From Chloropicon primus (taxonomy: Eukaryota), in NCBI GenBank assembly GCA_023205875.1, contig CP060759.1:620001-684000 (forward strand): a stretch of 64,000 bases of DNA, in the 5' to 3' direction. Below are positions 55,758-64,000 of the stretch, one piece after another; positions within the stretch are counted from its first letter, which is position 1; the number at the start of each line of letters is the position of its first letter. The translations under genes were made by a program, and so were the position numbers. The notes under the pieces were generated by a model, which was not told where the DNA came from, made no database searches, and was given only the letters and a program-made list of their open reading frames with translations.

Positions 55758-57665
55758 CTACTCATCATCATTGTTTTTGAGATACTCTCCCGCGAGTCTG
55801 ATTTGATTCACATACTCCTGCTCTTGTGCCAGGCTCTTGCCCTCCTCCAAGAGCTTCTCCAGCGAGACCTCTATCTTGATGGAATCACCCTCTCTGTTCT
55901 CCCCGTCCCTCAGGTCCTTCATCAGCAGTCTGAGGTAGCCCGGCGGGCCTTTTGGCAGAGGTGTGCCCTCGTAGCCCTCCACCTTGCCGTCGTAGGCCTC
56001 CATCCTCATCCTCACCTCCGAATCGGCCATTCTCGCCTTCAAGGCACCAAAGAAATCAAGGCCTTGGTTTGGGAAGGAGTCGATGACGTACTGAACCTCC
56101 TCCGGGGACACGTCATCGTCCCTGAACATGGTGTACACCATCTCGAAAATGTCCTTCCGGCTTGGTTTCCAGTTGTACTTTTCCATCCTCCCGTCTCTCA
56201 GCAGCGGCGCGTAGATCGTGTTCAGGTCGTTCGCGGTGATTATGATCGGCACGCGGCGAATGACGTCCTTGCCTCGCCAGTCCTGCCCCACGGATACACG
56301 CTTTGGGTCGTCGCAAAGGTTCATCAGCGTGCCCACGACCATCTGCGAGTTCACCGTGTTCTGCGTCTCCCTGAAATTGCCCACGCCAGCGTCGAGGTCA
56401 TTGATCACCAGGCAAGTCAGCACGCCCCTTGCTTTTGACATGTCCGCAGCCTTCCTGTACCGCTCCCTGATGAGCTTAGCGGGCCTTCCCGCGATCTCGT
56501 CCTCGAGCTCCCCCGCGGACATAATCACGGCTTGGGCTTTGAGCCTCTTGAGAACGAGCTCGGTCAGAAAGCTCTTGCCCTGGCCCTTCCCTCCGAAAAT
56601 ACCCAGCACGAGCGGGCAGTTTGGCATGTAATCCGTCAAGTCCTCGAGGTAGTTCTTCGTGATGTGGAGAGTCAGCTTATCCTGAAACTCCTTTGGAATC
56701 CAATAGTCGCCCTTGATGTTCTCGAACTTCCTGAATTCGAACTTCCGGAGCGAGCCGTCCGCTATGTCGGCCCTGAGGCCACCATCGCCCAGGGTGAACT
56801 TCTTGTCGATGTACATTGACGTCTGCCCCACATCAATGTTCAGGTTCGTGTCGTCAGAAGCGCCGAGCTCGTACAGGTAGTCGGCCCCCTCCTTTTTGTA
56901 CTTGCCCACCTTGTCCGACGCGGCGTCCCAGGACGACCTGAATTTCTTCTTCGTCGTCGTCGTCGGCGACGACTCCTCGGCAGCGGCCTCGGGTGCGACC
57001 TGAGTCTCCAGGGCTTTGCGCTCCCCCTCGGAGACCTCTCCCAGGGCACTCCGCTGCCTCGCGAGCGCGCTCGTCGTGCACTGGTGGTCCAAAGCTCGCT
57101 TCTCCTCGGAGGACACCGCCTGCAGGGCCCCAACAAAACCCTCCAACTGCGGATTGTGCTGCAGGGATCCGGCCACGTACTGCAGCGCGAGAGCCTTCTT
57201 CTCGACCTCCGAGATTTCGGCCAAGAGCTTGCGCTGGCCCTCCGCCGCGCTCCTCGCGCACTGCAGAGCGAGGGCCTCCCTCTCCAGGCACGAGATCTCG
57301 CCCAGCAGCTGCCTTTGGCGCCTCTCCGCGCTGGCGTTGCACTGCAGCTCCAGGGCCCTCTTCTCGAGCGCAAAGATCTTCTCCAGCAAGCTGCCCCCCG
57401 TCCCGCCCCCCACGACCCTCGACGGGGGCATGTCCCTACTCAGGTCCTCCTCGGAGAAGAACACGTACTCCGGGAGCGCGCTCGCCTCCTCCTCGTCCTC
57501 CTGGGTCGCGGCCTCATCCACCACTTCCCTCAGGGCGCACGGCGTCGTCGCGGGATACCGAGCCCTCCCGAGGCGGCGACCACTCCTGCCCGAAGCACTT
57601 CGAAGAGAGGTGCTCGCCGCACAGCTCCTCGACGGCCTCGCGCTCCTCGTCGTCGTCGCCATCAT
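55758..57665 (-). CDS. Rubisco-activase-like AAA+ ATPase (RCA2/At1g73110-type clade) with repeat-containing N-extension
   Basis: DYLYELG, GGKGQGKS, MSAGELE, INDLDAG, QMVVGTLMN, TIYAPLLRDGRMEK, FPNQGLDFFGAL; transit peptide. Confidence 0.9.
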   Translation of the reverse strand: MMATTTRSARPSRSCAASTSLRSASGRSGRRLGRARYPATTPCALREVVDEAATQEDEEEASALPEYVFFSEEDLSRDMPPSRVVGGGTGGSLLEKIFALEKRALELQCNASAERRQRQLLGEISCLEREALALQCARSAAEGQRKLLAEISEVEKKALALQYVAGSLQHNPQLEGFVGALQAVSSEEKRALDHQCTTSALARQRSALGEVSEGERKALETQVAPEAAAEESSPTTTTKKKFRSSWDAASDKVGKYKKEGADYLYELGASDDTNLNIDVGQTSMYIDKKFTLGDGGLRADIADGSLRKFEFRKFENIKGDYWIPKEFQDKLTLHITKNYLEDLTDYMPNCPLVLGIFGGKGQGKSFLTELVLKRLKAQAVIMSAGELEDEIAGRPAKLIRERYRKAADMSKARGVLTCLVINDLDAGVGNFRETQNTVNSQMVVGTLMNLCDDPKRVSVGQDWRGKDVIRRVPIIITANDLNTIYAPLLRDGRMEKYNWKPSRKDIFEMVYTMFRDDDVSPEEVQYVIDSFPNQGLDFFGALKARMADSEVRMRMEAYDGKVEGYEGTPLPKGPPGYLRLLMKDLRDGENREGDSIKIEVSLEKLLEEGKSLAQEQEYVNQIRLAGEYLKNNDDE

Positions 57666-58070
57666 CTTCGCAAGCCCGTTTTCTGCCTCTTCCCCCCCTT
57701 CGCCCGAGCCCGATCTCCATCTCCTCCTCCTTGAGGCTCCACAGCCTCTCATTTTCAGATCAAGATAAGGTGTAAAGGGGCTGTTCGACGCTGAGAGAGG
57801 GGAGGCATTGAGGTGGTGGTGGTGGCAAAGCAGGAGGGCTCCAGCGTCGTCCCTCGGTCTCTGTGTCTATCTATCTCCCCTCATTCCTCTTCCCTCATGC
57901 CCTCTCTCTTCCTCTCTCTTTGGCCTGTCTCAGGTGTGTTGTGTGTTGTGTGTTGTGTGTCCGATGGAAAAGAATAGAATAGAACAGGGATGCAGGGTTT
58001 CCTGGCGGAGGAGGAGGGAAGGTATGGCGGCAGAGAGAGAGAGCAGGAGGACATCCCCCTCATTTCTCTT

Positions 58071-58110
58071 CCCTCATGCCCTCATGCCCTCATGCCCTCA
58101 TGCCCTTACG
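58071..58110. repeat. (CCCTCATG)n minisatellite
   Basis: Four perfect 8-bp units plus one degenerate unit. Confidence 0.8.
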
Positions 58111-58418
58111 CCCTCTCCTCTCCTTACACGGCGGTGTAAGTTACACCAATCGTAACGCTCGGCTGAGGCTGAGGCTCGGGCTGAGGTGACGGGACGCGAG
58201 AGAGGAAGCGCGGAAGCTGGCTGGGGTTTCATTCGTGAGAAGGCAGGAGTTCTTCGCGTCGGAGAGGACGGGGTTCGAGGCGGGTTTTGAATGGAAGAGA
58301 CCAAGGTGAACTCGACGACTCGCGGGCTTTCAGTCGGAGCGTATCTCGAGAGGCGTTGCGTTGCGGCGACGAGGGGAGGACGGGAGCGGCTGCAGGGCTT
58401 TGGTGGACAGCGAGCGCC

Positions 58419-59942
58419 ATGTGGTTCAACAGGAAGAGGAGGGAGCGGAAGTTCCACTTGGATTCTCGGTCGTCGCTCGATGACGCGGCGTCGGGGAGCT
58501 TCGTTGCGGCGTCGGGGGCCGACGAGGACGACGGTGACGAGTTCCAGGAGCTTCTCATCGCGAAGAAGTGGAATGGCCCCGAGAAAGGTTCCGGCGTCGG
58601 AAAGAAGATCACGAGGAGCAAGGTGGGCTCCGTGGAGAACCTGGCGGCCTTCGTCGCTCCGCCGAACAGACAGCACCTCTCTGGCAGGCACGTCAAGTAC
58701 CAGACCAGGCAGAAGATGAAGGCCCCGCACACGAACTGGGTGTCGATCAACAGCCAGGGCGGCGTGTGCAAAGTGGCCGCGGACAAGCGAGCCATCACCA
58801 AAGCGAAAGAGCTCGGAGTGACGACTCGTGAGCTCAGGATGTTCGACCAGGTTTACGGCCACTTCCACAACAACACGACGAGGATCCTCGTGAGAGAGAA
58901 CGCTCTGCTCTTCGTGATGGAGGGGTACAGGCTGATCATAACGAAGGACGAGGTCTTCATCCCCCTCTTCGGCCTTCCGGCGGAAACGCTGTCGGACCTG
59001 GTCAAGGAGCTGGAGTACGTGCTCACGAGGCGATCGAACATCCTCAAAAGGATCAAGAAGCAGAAGGCTTTGGGGGAGGGCGGTCAGCGTACCTTTGGCA
59101 CGCCCCAGAAAGGGAGCCCGGGGTCCACGGAGAGCGAGGATGACGACGAGGAGATCCTGCCCTTCGAGCTCAGAGTCTTCGAGGTTGCGCTGGGGCGGGT
59201 CGTCGGGTATTACAAGGACATGATTGTGGATCTCGACGAGGCGTGCCACCCCGCTCTGGAGGCCCTCACCAAGAGCGTCGACAAGGTCACTCTGGACCAC
59301 GTTCGAGCCCTGAAAAACAAACAGGCTTCGATGACGAAAAAGTTAGAAGCCGTGGTCGAAGAGCTGGAGCGTATCATGGACGACGACGACGACATGAAGC
59401 GCATGATCCTCAGCGAAGACTTCTTTGAGGACCCGGACCTGATGGAATCCGTCTCCGGATTGCAGAGCGGGACACCAAGGAAGCCCGTCTTCCAGGCGGA
59501 GACTTTGGGTGGGACCCCAGATGGGACGCCGGGGCTGACCCTGCGGACGTCCTTGAGAACAAACGACGAGGACCACGCTGAGCACGAAGTTGACCACGCT
59601 CTGGACATGGTTGAGAACCTCCTCGAGTTCTACTTCAGTATTCTTGATCACGCTTTTGATTGCCTCAAGACCTTGGAGGAGATCATCGACAACACGGAGG
59701 AGATGATCAACATCGAGCTGGACACGGCGAGAAACAGGCTCATCAAATTGGAGATTATGCTTACCGGTTGCACCTTCACCTTCACGATCTATGCCGTCGT
59801 GGCCGGCGTCCTCGGCGAGAACTTGGATCTACCGGAGAGCATCGTCAGCCAGTTCTGGATCGTCAACTTGGTGACCATTGCGGTGTGCTCGATGCTCTTG
59901 TTCGGCCTCTTCATGTGGTGCAGGTTTGAGGGGCTGCTCTAG
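58419..59942 (+). CDS. MRS2/CorA family channel with GEN in place of GMN
   Basis: RELRMFD, ILVRE, LPFELRVFEVAL, DDDDDMKRM, ENLLEFYF, IELDTARNRLIKLE, VLGENL. Confidence 0.88.
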   Translation: MWFNRKRRERKFHLDSRSSLDDAASGSFVAASGADEDDGDEFQELLIAKKWNGPEKGSGVGKKITRSKVGSVENLAAFVAPPNRQHLSGRHVKYQTRQKMKAPHTNWVSINSQGGVCKVAADKRAITKAKELGVTTRELRMFDQVYGHFHNNTTRILVRENALLFVMEGYRLIITKDEVFIPLFGLPAETLSDLVKELEYVLTRRSNILKRIKKQKALGEGGQRTFGTPQKGSPGSTESEDDDEEILPFELRVFEVALGRVVGYYKDMIVDLDEACHPALEALTKSVDKVTLDHVRALKNKQASMTKKLEAVVEELERIMDDDDDMKRMILSEDFFEDPDLMESVSGLQSGTPRKPVFQAETLGGTPDGTPGLTLRTSLRTNDEDHAEHEVDHALDMVENLLEFYFSILDHAFDCLKTLEEIIDNTEEMINIELDTARNRLIKLEIMLTGCTFTFTIYAVVAGVLGENLDLPESIVSQFWIVNLVTIAVCSMLLFGLFMWCRFEGLL

Positions 59943-59988
59943 GGGCGGAGTGGATCCTTAGATCGATAAATAGTGTCTACAGTAGTAT

Positions 59989-60357
59989 TTAGTCTCGTCC
60001 GCAAAGAGAAAGAGGAACGTTCCTGAGCTCGTTGACGACCCGACGACTCTCTCCTTGCCTGAACTGCAAAAGCACCTCCGTGGCCGCCTCGGCGACCCTC
60101 CTATCGCTGTGAAAGAGGAGCTCCGTGAGAGGGGCCTCGATCTCGCTCTCCTGGACCATCTCCCTCGTGAACTCAATGCACAGGAGCTCCTGAAGAAGCA
60201 CAAACTTCTCTTCCCCCGGACCTTGGCTCTCGAGGCTCCTTCTGTAATCCGTGAAATCAGAAGCGGTATACTTCGTGCGGTGCTTCTTCAGGGCAACAAC
60301 GCCCTTCAAGTCCTTGATCCGAGCCTGCTTCACACTTCGCTTTCCTCGCTTCACCAT
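59989..60357 (-). CDS. Small TFIIS N-terminal (LW) domain protein, TCEANC2-like
   Basis: LLQELLCIEFTREMVQESEIEAPLTELLFHSDRRVAEAATEVL fits the TFIIS-N helical pattern. Confidence 0.6.
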   Translation of the reverse strand: MVKRGKRSVKQARIKDLKGVVALKKHRTKYTASDFTDYRRSLESQGPGEEKFVLLQELLCIEFTREMVQESEIEAPLTELLFHSDRRVAEAATEVLLQFRQGESRRVVNELRNVPLSLCGRD

Positions 60358-60365
60358 CTCTCCCG

Positions 60366-60969
60366 CTCCGTCCCTTCTCTCCGATCGATCGAGTTGCGAG
60401 TTCTTCCGAAGCAAGGGCGCCCCGATCGATCACAGCCAGCGTTGTCCTCCCCCGCTCTTCGTCCCCCCTCCGTCCCTTCTCTCCGATCGATCGAGTTGCG
60501 AATTCTTCCGAAGCAAGGGCGCCCCGATCGATCACAGCCAGCGTTGTCCTCCCCCGCTCTTCGTCCCCCCTCCGTCCCTTCTCTCCGATCGATCGAGTTG
60601 CGAATTCTTCCGAAGCAAGGGCGCCCCGATCGATCACAGCCAGCGTTGTCCTCCCCCGCTCTTCGTCCCCCCTCCGTCCCTTCTCTCCGATCGATCGAGT
60701 TGCGAATTCTTCCGAAGCAAGGGCGCCCCGATCGATCACAGCCAGCGTTGTCCTCCCCGCTCTTCGTCCCCCTCCGTCCCTTCTCTCCGATCGATCGAGT
60801 TGCGAATTCTTCCGAAGCAAGGGCGCCCCGATCGATCACAGCCAGCGTTGTCCTCCCCCGCTCTTCGTCCCCCCTCCGTCCCTTCTCTCCGATCGATCGA
60901 GTTGCGAATTCTTCCGAAGCAAGGGCGCCCCGATCGATCACAGCCAGCGTTGTCCTCCCCCGCTCTTCG
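60366..60969. repeat. 102-bp tandem repeat, ~5.9 near-identical copies
   Basis: Units start at 60366, 60468, 60570, 60672, 60772 and 60874; the fourth unit is 100 bp. Confidence 0.97.
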
Positions 60970-61018
60970 AAAATGGAGATTTTCATTTTTTGACTGGCGG
61001 CGCTCTGGTTGTGAGGTG

Positions 61019-61891
61019 ATGGGACGAGGTTTGTGGGAGAGATGGGACGAGGTTGTGACCGGTGCCGTCTTCGACACGTTCGAGACGGTTTTCAACGAGG
61101 GGAAGGACATCCGGGGACAACCTTCTGCTTTGCAAGGTTTGCCCTGTGTCCGGAGCCCAGCGATTCTGGTCACGTGGGCGTTGGTGTATCTGCTTGTGGT
61201 AGGACTCGGGCTCTTGACAATCACTCCGGCGGACAAGGGCAGGAGACGGGCGGAGCCGAGGTACCTGAAGAAGCTCGTCAAGTTCCACAACGTTTTCCTT
61301 ATCCTTCTCAGCTCGTACATGTTTGTGCACACGTGCTATCAAGCCTACATCAACAAGTACAGGTTCTGGGGGCAGGCGTACGACGCGAGGGAGGTTGGGA
61401 TGGCCAGAATTATCTATATCTTCTACATGTCGAAGCTCTACGAGTACTTTGACACTTACATCATGCTGTTGAAGGGGAACTTGAAGCAGGTGTCCTTCCT
61501 GCATGTGTACCACCACGTCACTATCTCGTTCATCTGGTTTTTCATTGCTTTCGCTGCTCCCGGCGGCGATGCTTGGTACTCTGCGGCGCTGAACTCGCTC
61601 GTTCACGTCGCCATGTACACGTACTACTACCTGGCCAGCATCTCGTCCGACAACCCAGGCTTCAGAAAGAGGTACTTGTGGTGGGGTCGCTACCTCACCT
61701 CGTTTCAAATTTGCCAGTTCGTCACGATGCTCGCGCAAGGCGTCTACACGTGGCTGTACTCGGACTACCCGAAGTGGGTGTCCAAGTTTCTGGTGTGGTA
61801 CATGGTCTCCCTCCTCGCCCTTTTTGGCAAGTTCTTCGCCCAAAAGTACCTTGGGCAGGCACAGCAACACCGAAGAAGCAAAGATGAGTAG
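61019..61891 (+). CDS. ELO/GNS1 fatty acid elongase (PUFA-elongase-like)
   Basis: FYMSKLYEYFDT, QVSFLHVYHH, NSLVHVAMYTYY, YLTSFQICQF. Confidence 0.95.
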   Translation: MGRGLWERWDEVVTGAVFDTFETVFNEGKDIRGQPSALQGLPCVRSPAILVTWALVYLLVVGLGLLTITPADKGRRRAEPRYLKKLVKFHNVFLILLSSYMFVHTCYQAYINKYRFWGQAYDAREVGMARIIYIFYMSKLYEYFDTYIMLLKGNLKQVSFLHVYHHVTISFIWFFIAFAAPGGDAWYSAALNSLVHVAMYTYYYLASISSDNPGFRKRYLWWGRYLTSFQICQFVTMLAQGVYTWLYSDYPKWVSKFLVWYMVSLLALFGKFFAQKYLGQAQQHRRSKDE

Positions 61892-61985
61892 ACTCATCGA
61901 GAATTAGAATTGCCGAGAAGAGCTCGCGCGTAGCAAAAGAGTGAATAAATGTTTAGCGAACGACGACCGCGTACGCCTTCTTTGT

Positions 61986-64000
61986 TTAATGCATGGTCAA
62001 AGACTGCAATTGCATGTGAAGCTTCCTGAACAAATCGCAAGACCCGCCTTGGAGACCGTCCACAGAGAACTGGTGTACTCGGAAGGCGAATTTGAACGTC
62101 TTCAGCATGTTCAGCTTATCCTCTGCCAAATGACACAACGTGGTCTTCATCGCGGCATTGGCAAGGGAGAGAGATTCATTCTTCACGCTCCCAATGAGAG
62201 AATCGACTTCCAAGTTGATCTTGAATTTGGAAAACTTCTCCTGGAACGACTTGCTCTCACACATGATTCTTTCCACCCTCGGCTGTATTTTGTCCATCTC
62301 GCTGATTGCTGTGACCACCAGATCTGTTGCCTGAAATTTGTCGAAGCCCACAAGGACGGAATCTTCCGCCTTGTTGGCCTTCCAGGTCTTCAAATTACGG
62401 ACCATCCTCTTCAGCTCGTGAACGAGGGCGCTTGATTCTCTGAGAGCGTCCATCTTTGCCTGTGGCCATTTGAAGTACTTGAGAACTTGATTCTCATCAG
62501 AAAGTCCATGAAGCTTGGTCTCCATGTCCTCGACAAAGGTCAGTAAGGAGTCCACAGACCCGCTGAAGCCCCTTATGTCGGCAGCAAGGCTCTTCAGCAT
62601 ATCCCCGTGCTCCGCCACGTCCTCTTTGATCTGGGCAATGTGCTTGCTCTTGCTCTCCAATTCAAACTTGACGTCGCTCGGATCACTCTTTGGCCTGTCG
62701 CCCCCTTTGGAGGTTCCTGGAGGCTTGTTCAGCACTGTCTTCCTCTCGCTCCTCATCTGATCCCGCATGGTCGCTTGGAACATCTTGACGATCTCTTTGC
62801 TTTTCCTTTTGAACATGTTCTCCACTGTACTTGGTCCACCCGTCCTTTTCGTGCCCGCCTTTCCAGGGGGGGGTGGGGGAGGCAGCGCCCCCTTGGGCAT
62901 CGGCGGTGGCGGCGGTGGTGGTGGCGCCACCGAGCCTCCACCACCTCTGGGTGCAGGCGGAGGAGGCGGTGGTAGTGCAGACGCAACACCGCTGCCGCTG
63001 GGTTTTGCAGGTAGTGGCGGTGGCGGCGGTGGTGGTGGTGGTGGAGCGGCAACAGCGGTGCTCTCGGCAACCGCTGGTGGCACCCCCACTTGTTGCGTTG
63101 GCTGCCTCCGCTGCAACGGGAAAGCCAGTGATCTCACGGGTGTCCGCATATTCACATTTTCCTTCCCCATTTCCATTTCCACCACCGCACCATGTTCCAC
63201 CCAAGGCCCTTCCTCGTGCGACGCGGCAAGGGCGTTCGAGGATCTTTCCTGAGAGGATCGCATTTCAGACTCCAGTTCTTCCATTCTTTGGAGGTTCAAT
63301 GCAACTTTTGCTTTTGCTCTTCTGACGGCAGACCTCGAGGCGTGCTTCAGCGGAGGAATCACAGGTGGCAGCTCCACAGCGACTTCACTCTTGGACACCG
63401 ATCGCGGCAGTTTCACTTTCTTCGAGTTTGTGATGTTCTGCAAGACATTGGGTTTTTGTGAAGGGCCTCTCTTGGCTCTTGGTTTGGGAGACGCTTGAGA
63501 GGCGAGCGAAGTCCCTGTTCTCGAGACCTGCTTCAAGCTCTCGCTGCCACTTTGGGGGGCCGCGGCCGCGTTCAGTTTGGATTTCGTTCTGATCCCTTCG
63601 CTCTCCTCAAAAGACGAGGCCTCGCTGCCTGACTGAAGTCTGGCAATCGAAACGTGCGCACAAGGGGTGGAGACCGAGTCGCCCGGCGATTCCGTGATCT
63701 GCGACGACCCTGAGTCCTCCGTGGCATCGTCGCCCCCTCCCACTGCAGTCGCTCTGCTTTCGGTGCACCGACCCGGCAGCGCCCCGGCCGTCGGCAAGCT
63801 TGAGCTGACCTCGCACCTCGCTCGCTCCACTTGCTCTTCTCGGACGGGGCTCCCAATCGCTCTCGTCGCCCTTTTGGGAACGTTGAACTGCGGGTACAAG
63901 CTCTTGTCCAGCGTGATGCTGACGTTGACTTCCCTGAGCAGGGTTCCGAGGTCCTTGGAGAGCAGCACTCTGGCGAGACTGCCGTCGAAGGCCTTGAGCT
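61986..64000 (-). CDS. CHUP1-like protein (poly-Pro region plus CHUP1 C-terminal domain); 5' end beyond the window
   Basis: Poly-Pro tracts, then ELESKSKHIAQIKEDV..GD..K.L, LSDENQVLKYFKWPQAKMDALRES, FAFRVHQF. Confidence 0.82.
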   Translation of the reverse strand, partial: LKAFDGSLARVLLSKDLGTLLREVNVSITLDKSLYPQFNVPKRATRAIGSPVREEQVERARCEVSSSLPTAGALPGRCTESRATAVGGGDDATEDSGSSQITESPGDSVSTPCAHVSIARLQSGSEASSFEESEGIRTKSKLNAAAAPQSGSESLKQVSRTGTSLASQASPKPRAKRGPSQKPNVLQNITNSKKVKLPRSVSKSEVAVELPPVIPPLKHASRSAVRRAKAKVALNLQRMEELESEMRSSQERSSNALAASHEEGPWVEHGAVVEMEMGKENVNMRTPVRSLAFPLQRRQPTQQVGVPPAVAESTAVAAPPPPPPPPPPLPAKPSGSGVASALPPPPPPAPRGGGGSVAPPPPPPPPMPKGALPPPPPPGKAGTKRTGGPSTVENMFKRKSKEIVKMFQATMRDQMRSERKTVLNKPPGTSKGGDRPKSDPSDVKFELESKSKHIAQIKEDVAEHGDMLKSLAADIRGFSGSVDSLLTFVEDMETKLHGLSDENQVLKYFKWPQAKMDALRESSALVHELKRMVRNLKTWKANKAEDSVLVGFDKFQATDLVVTAISEMDKIQPRVERIMCESKSFQEKFSKFKINLEVDSLIGSVKNESLSLANAAMKTTLCHLAEDKLNMLKTFKFAFRVHQFSVDGLQGGSCDLFRKLHMQLQSLTMH

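Noticed and set aside
60366..60969. CRISPR-like appearance of the regularly spaced repeat
   Set aside because: The units are identical along their full length with no unique spacers; the context is eukaryotic and no cas genes are present
60055..61018. Repeat-encoded N-terminal extensions of the elongase and TFIIS-N ORFs in the track
   Set aside because: Non-ATG starts, and the open frames arise from the 102-bp unit; the peptide repeat changes frame at the 100-bp unit

Overview
Gene-dense, GC-rich eukaryotic nuclear DNA from a compact-genome green alga. The evidence is short GT-AG introns with CTGAC/CTAAC branch points, TGTAA-type 3' signals, plastid transit peptides and photosynthesis genes; a picoplanktonic chlorophyte such as Chloropicon is an inference. 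About 35 protein genes can be supported: beta-amylase (partial), SEL1-repeat protein, senescence/spartin+PH protein, large Gly-rich GCC2/GCC3 membrane protein, COX7a-like, beta-adaptin, DDX11, ITPA, LSM2, F-box/LRR, two MRS2/CorA channels, HemK2, neprilysin, CEP70-like, F-box/cyclin-D1-binding, SRR1, JmjC, UBZ protein, sulfotransferase, TGD1, DUF1995, PiT/PHO4 phosphate transporter, two tandem ACR3 arsenite exporters, OTC, CIB-like, NDUFA7, SCFD2/MIP3, DVR, SCAMP, PTP-like phosphatase, Rubisco-activase-like AAA+, TFIIS-N protein, elongase and CHUP1-like (partial). The standout is a candidate phosphate-uptake/arsenic-detoxification module at 39.1-44.0 kb. A PiT transporter is transcribed divergently from two ACR3 paralogs across a ~320 bp spacer carrying a 17-bp tandem repeat with a TGACGTCA palindrome. 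The second ACR3 has a plastid-type transit peptide, and the two copies share patchy identical blocks. Other notable items are a 27-aa repeat extension on the activase-like protein, MRS2 variants (EF-hand tail; GEN instead of GMN), an ear-less beta-adaptin, two dispersed ~145 bp repeat pairs and a 102-bp x6 tandem array. No rRNA, tRNA, CRISPR array or autonomous transposon was recognised. All family assignments come from motif recognition by eye, not from database searches.
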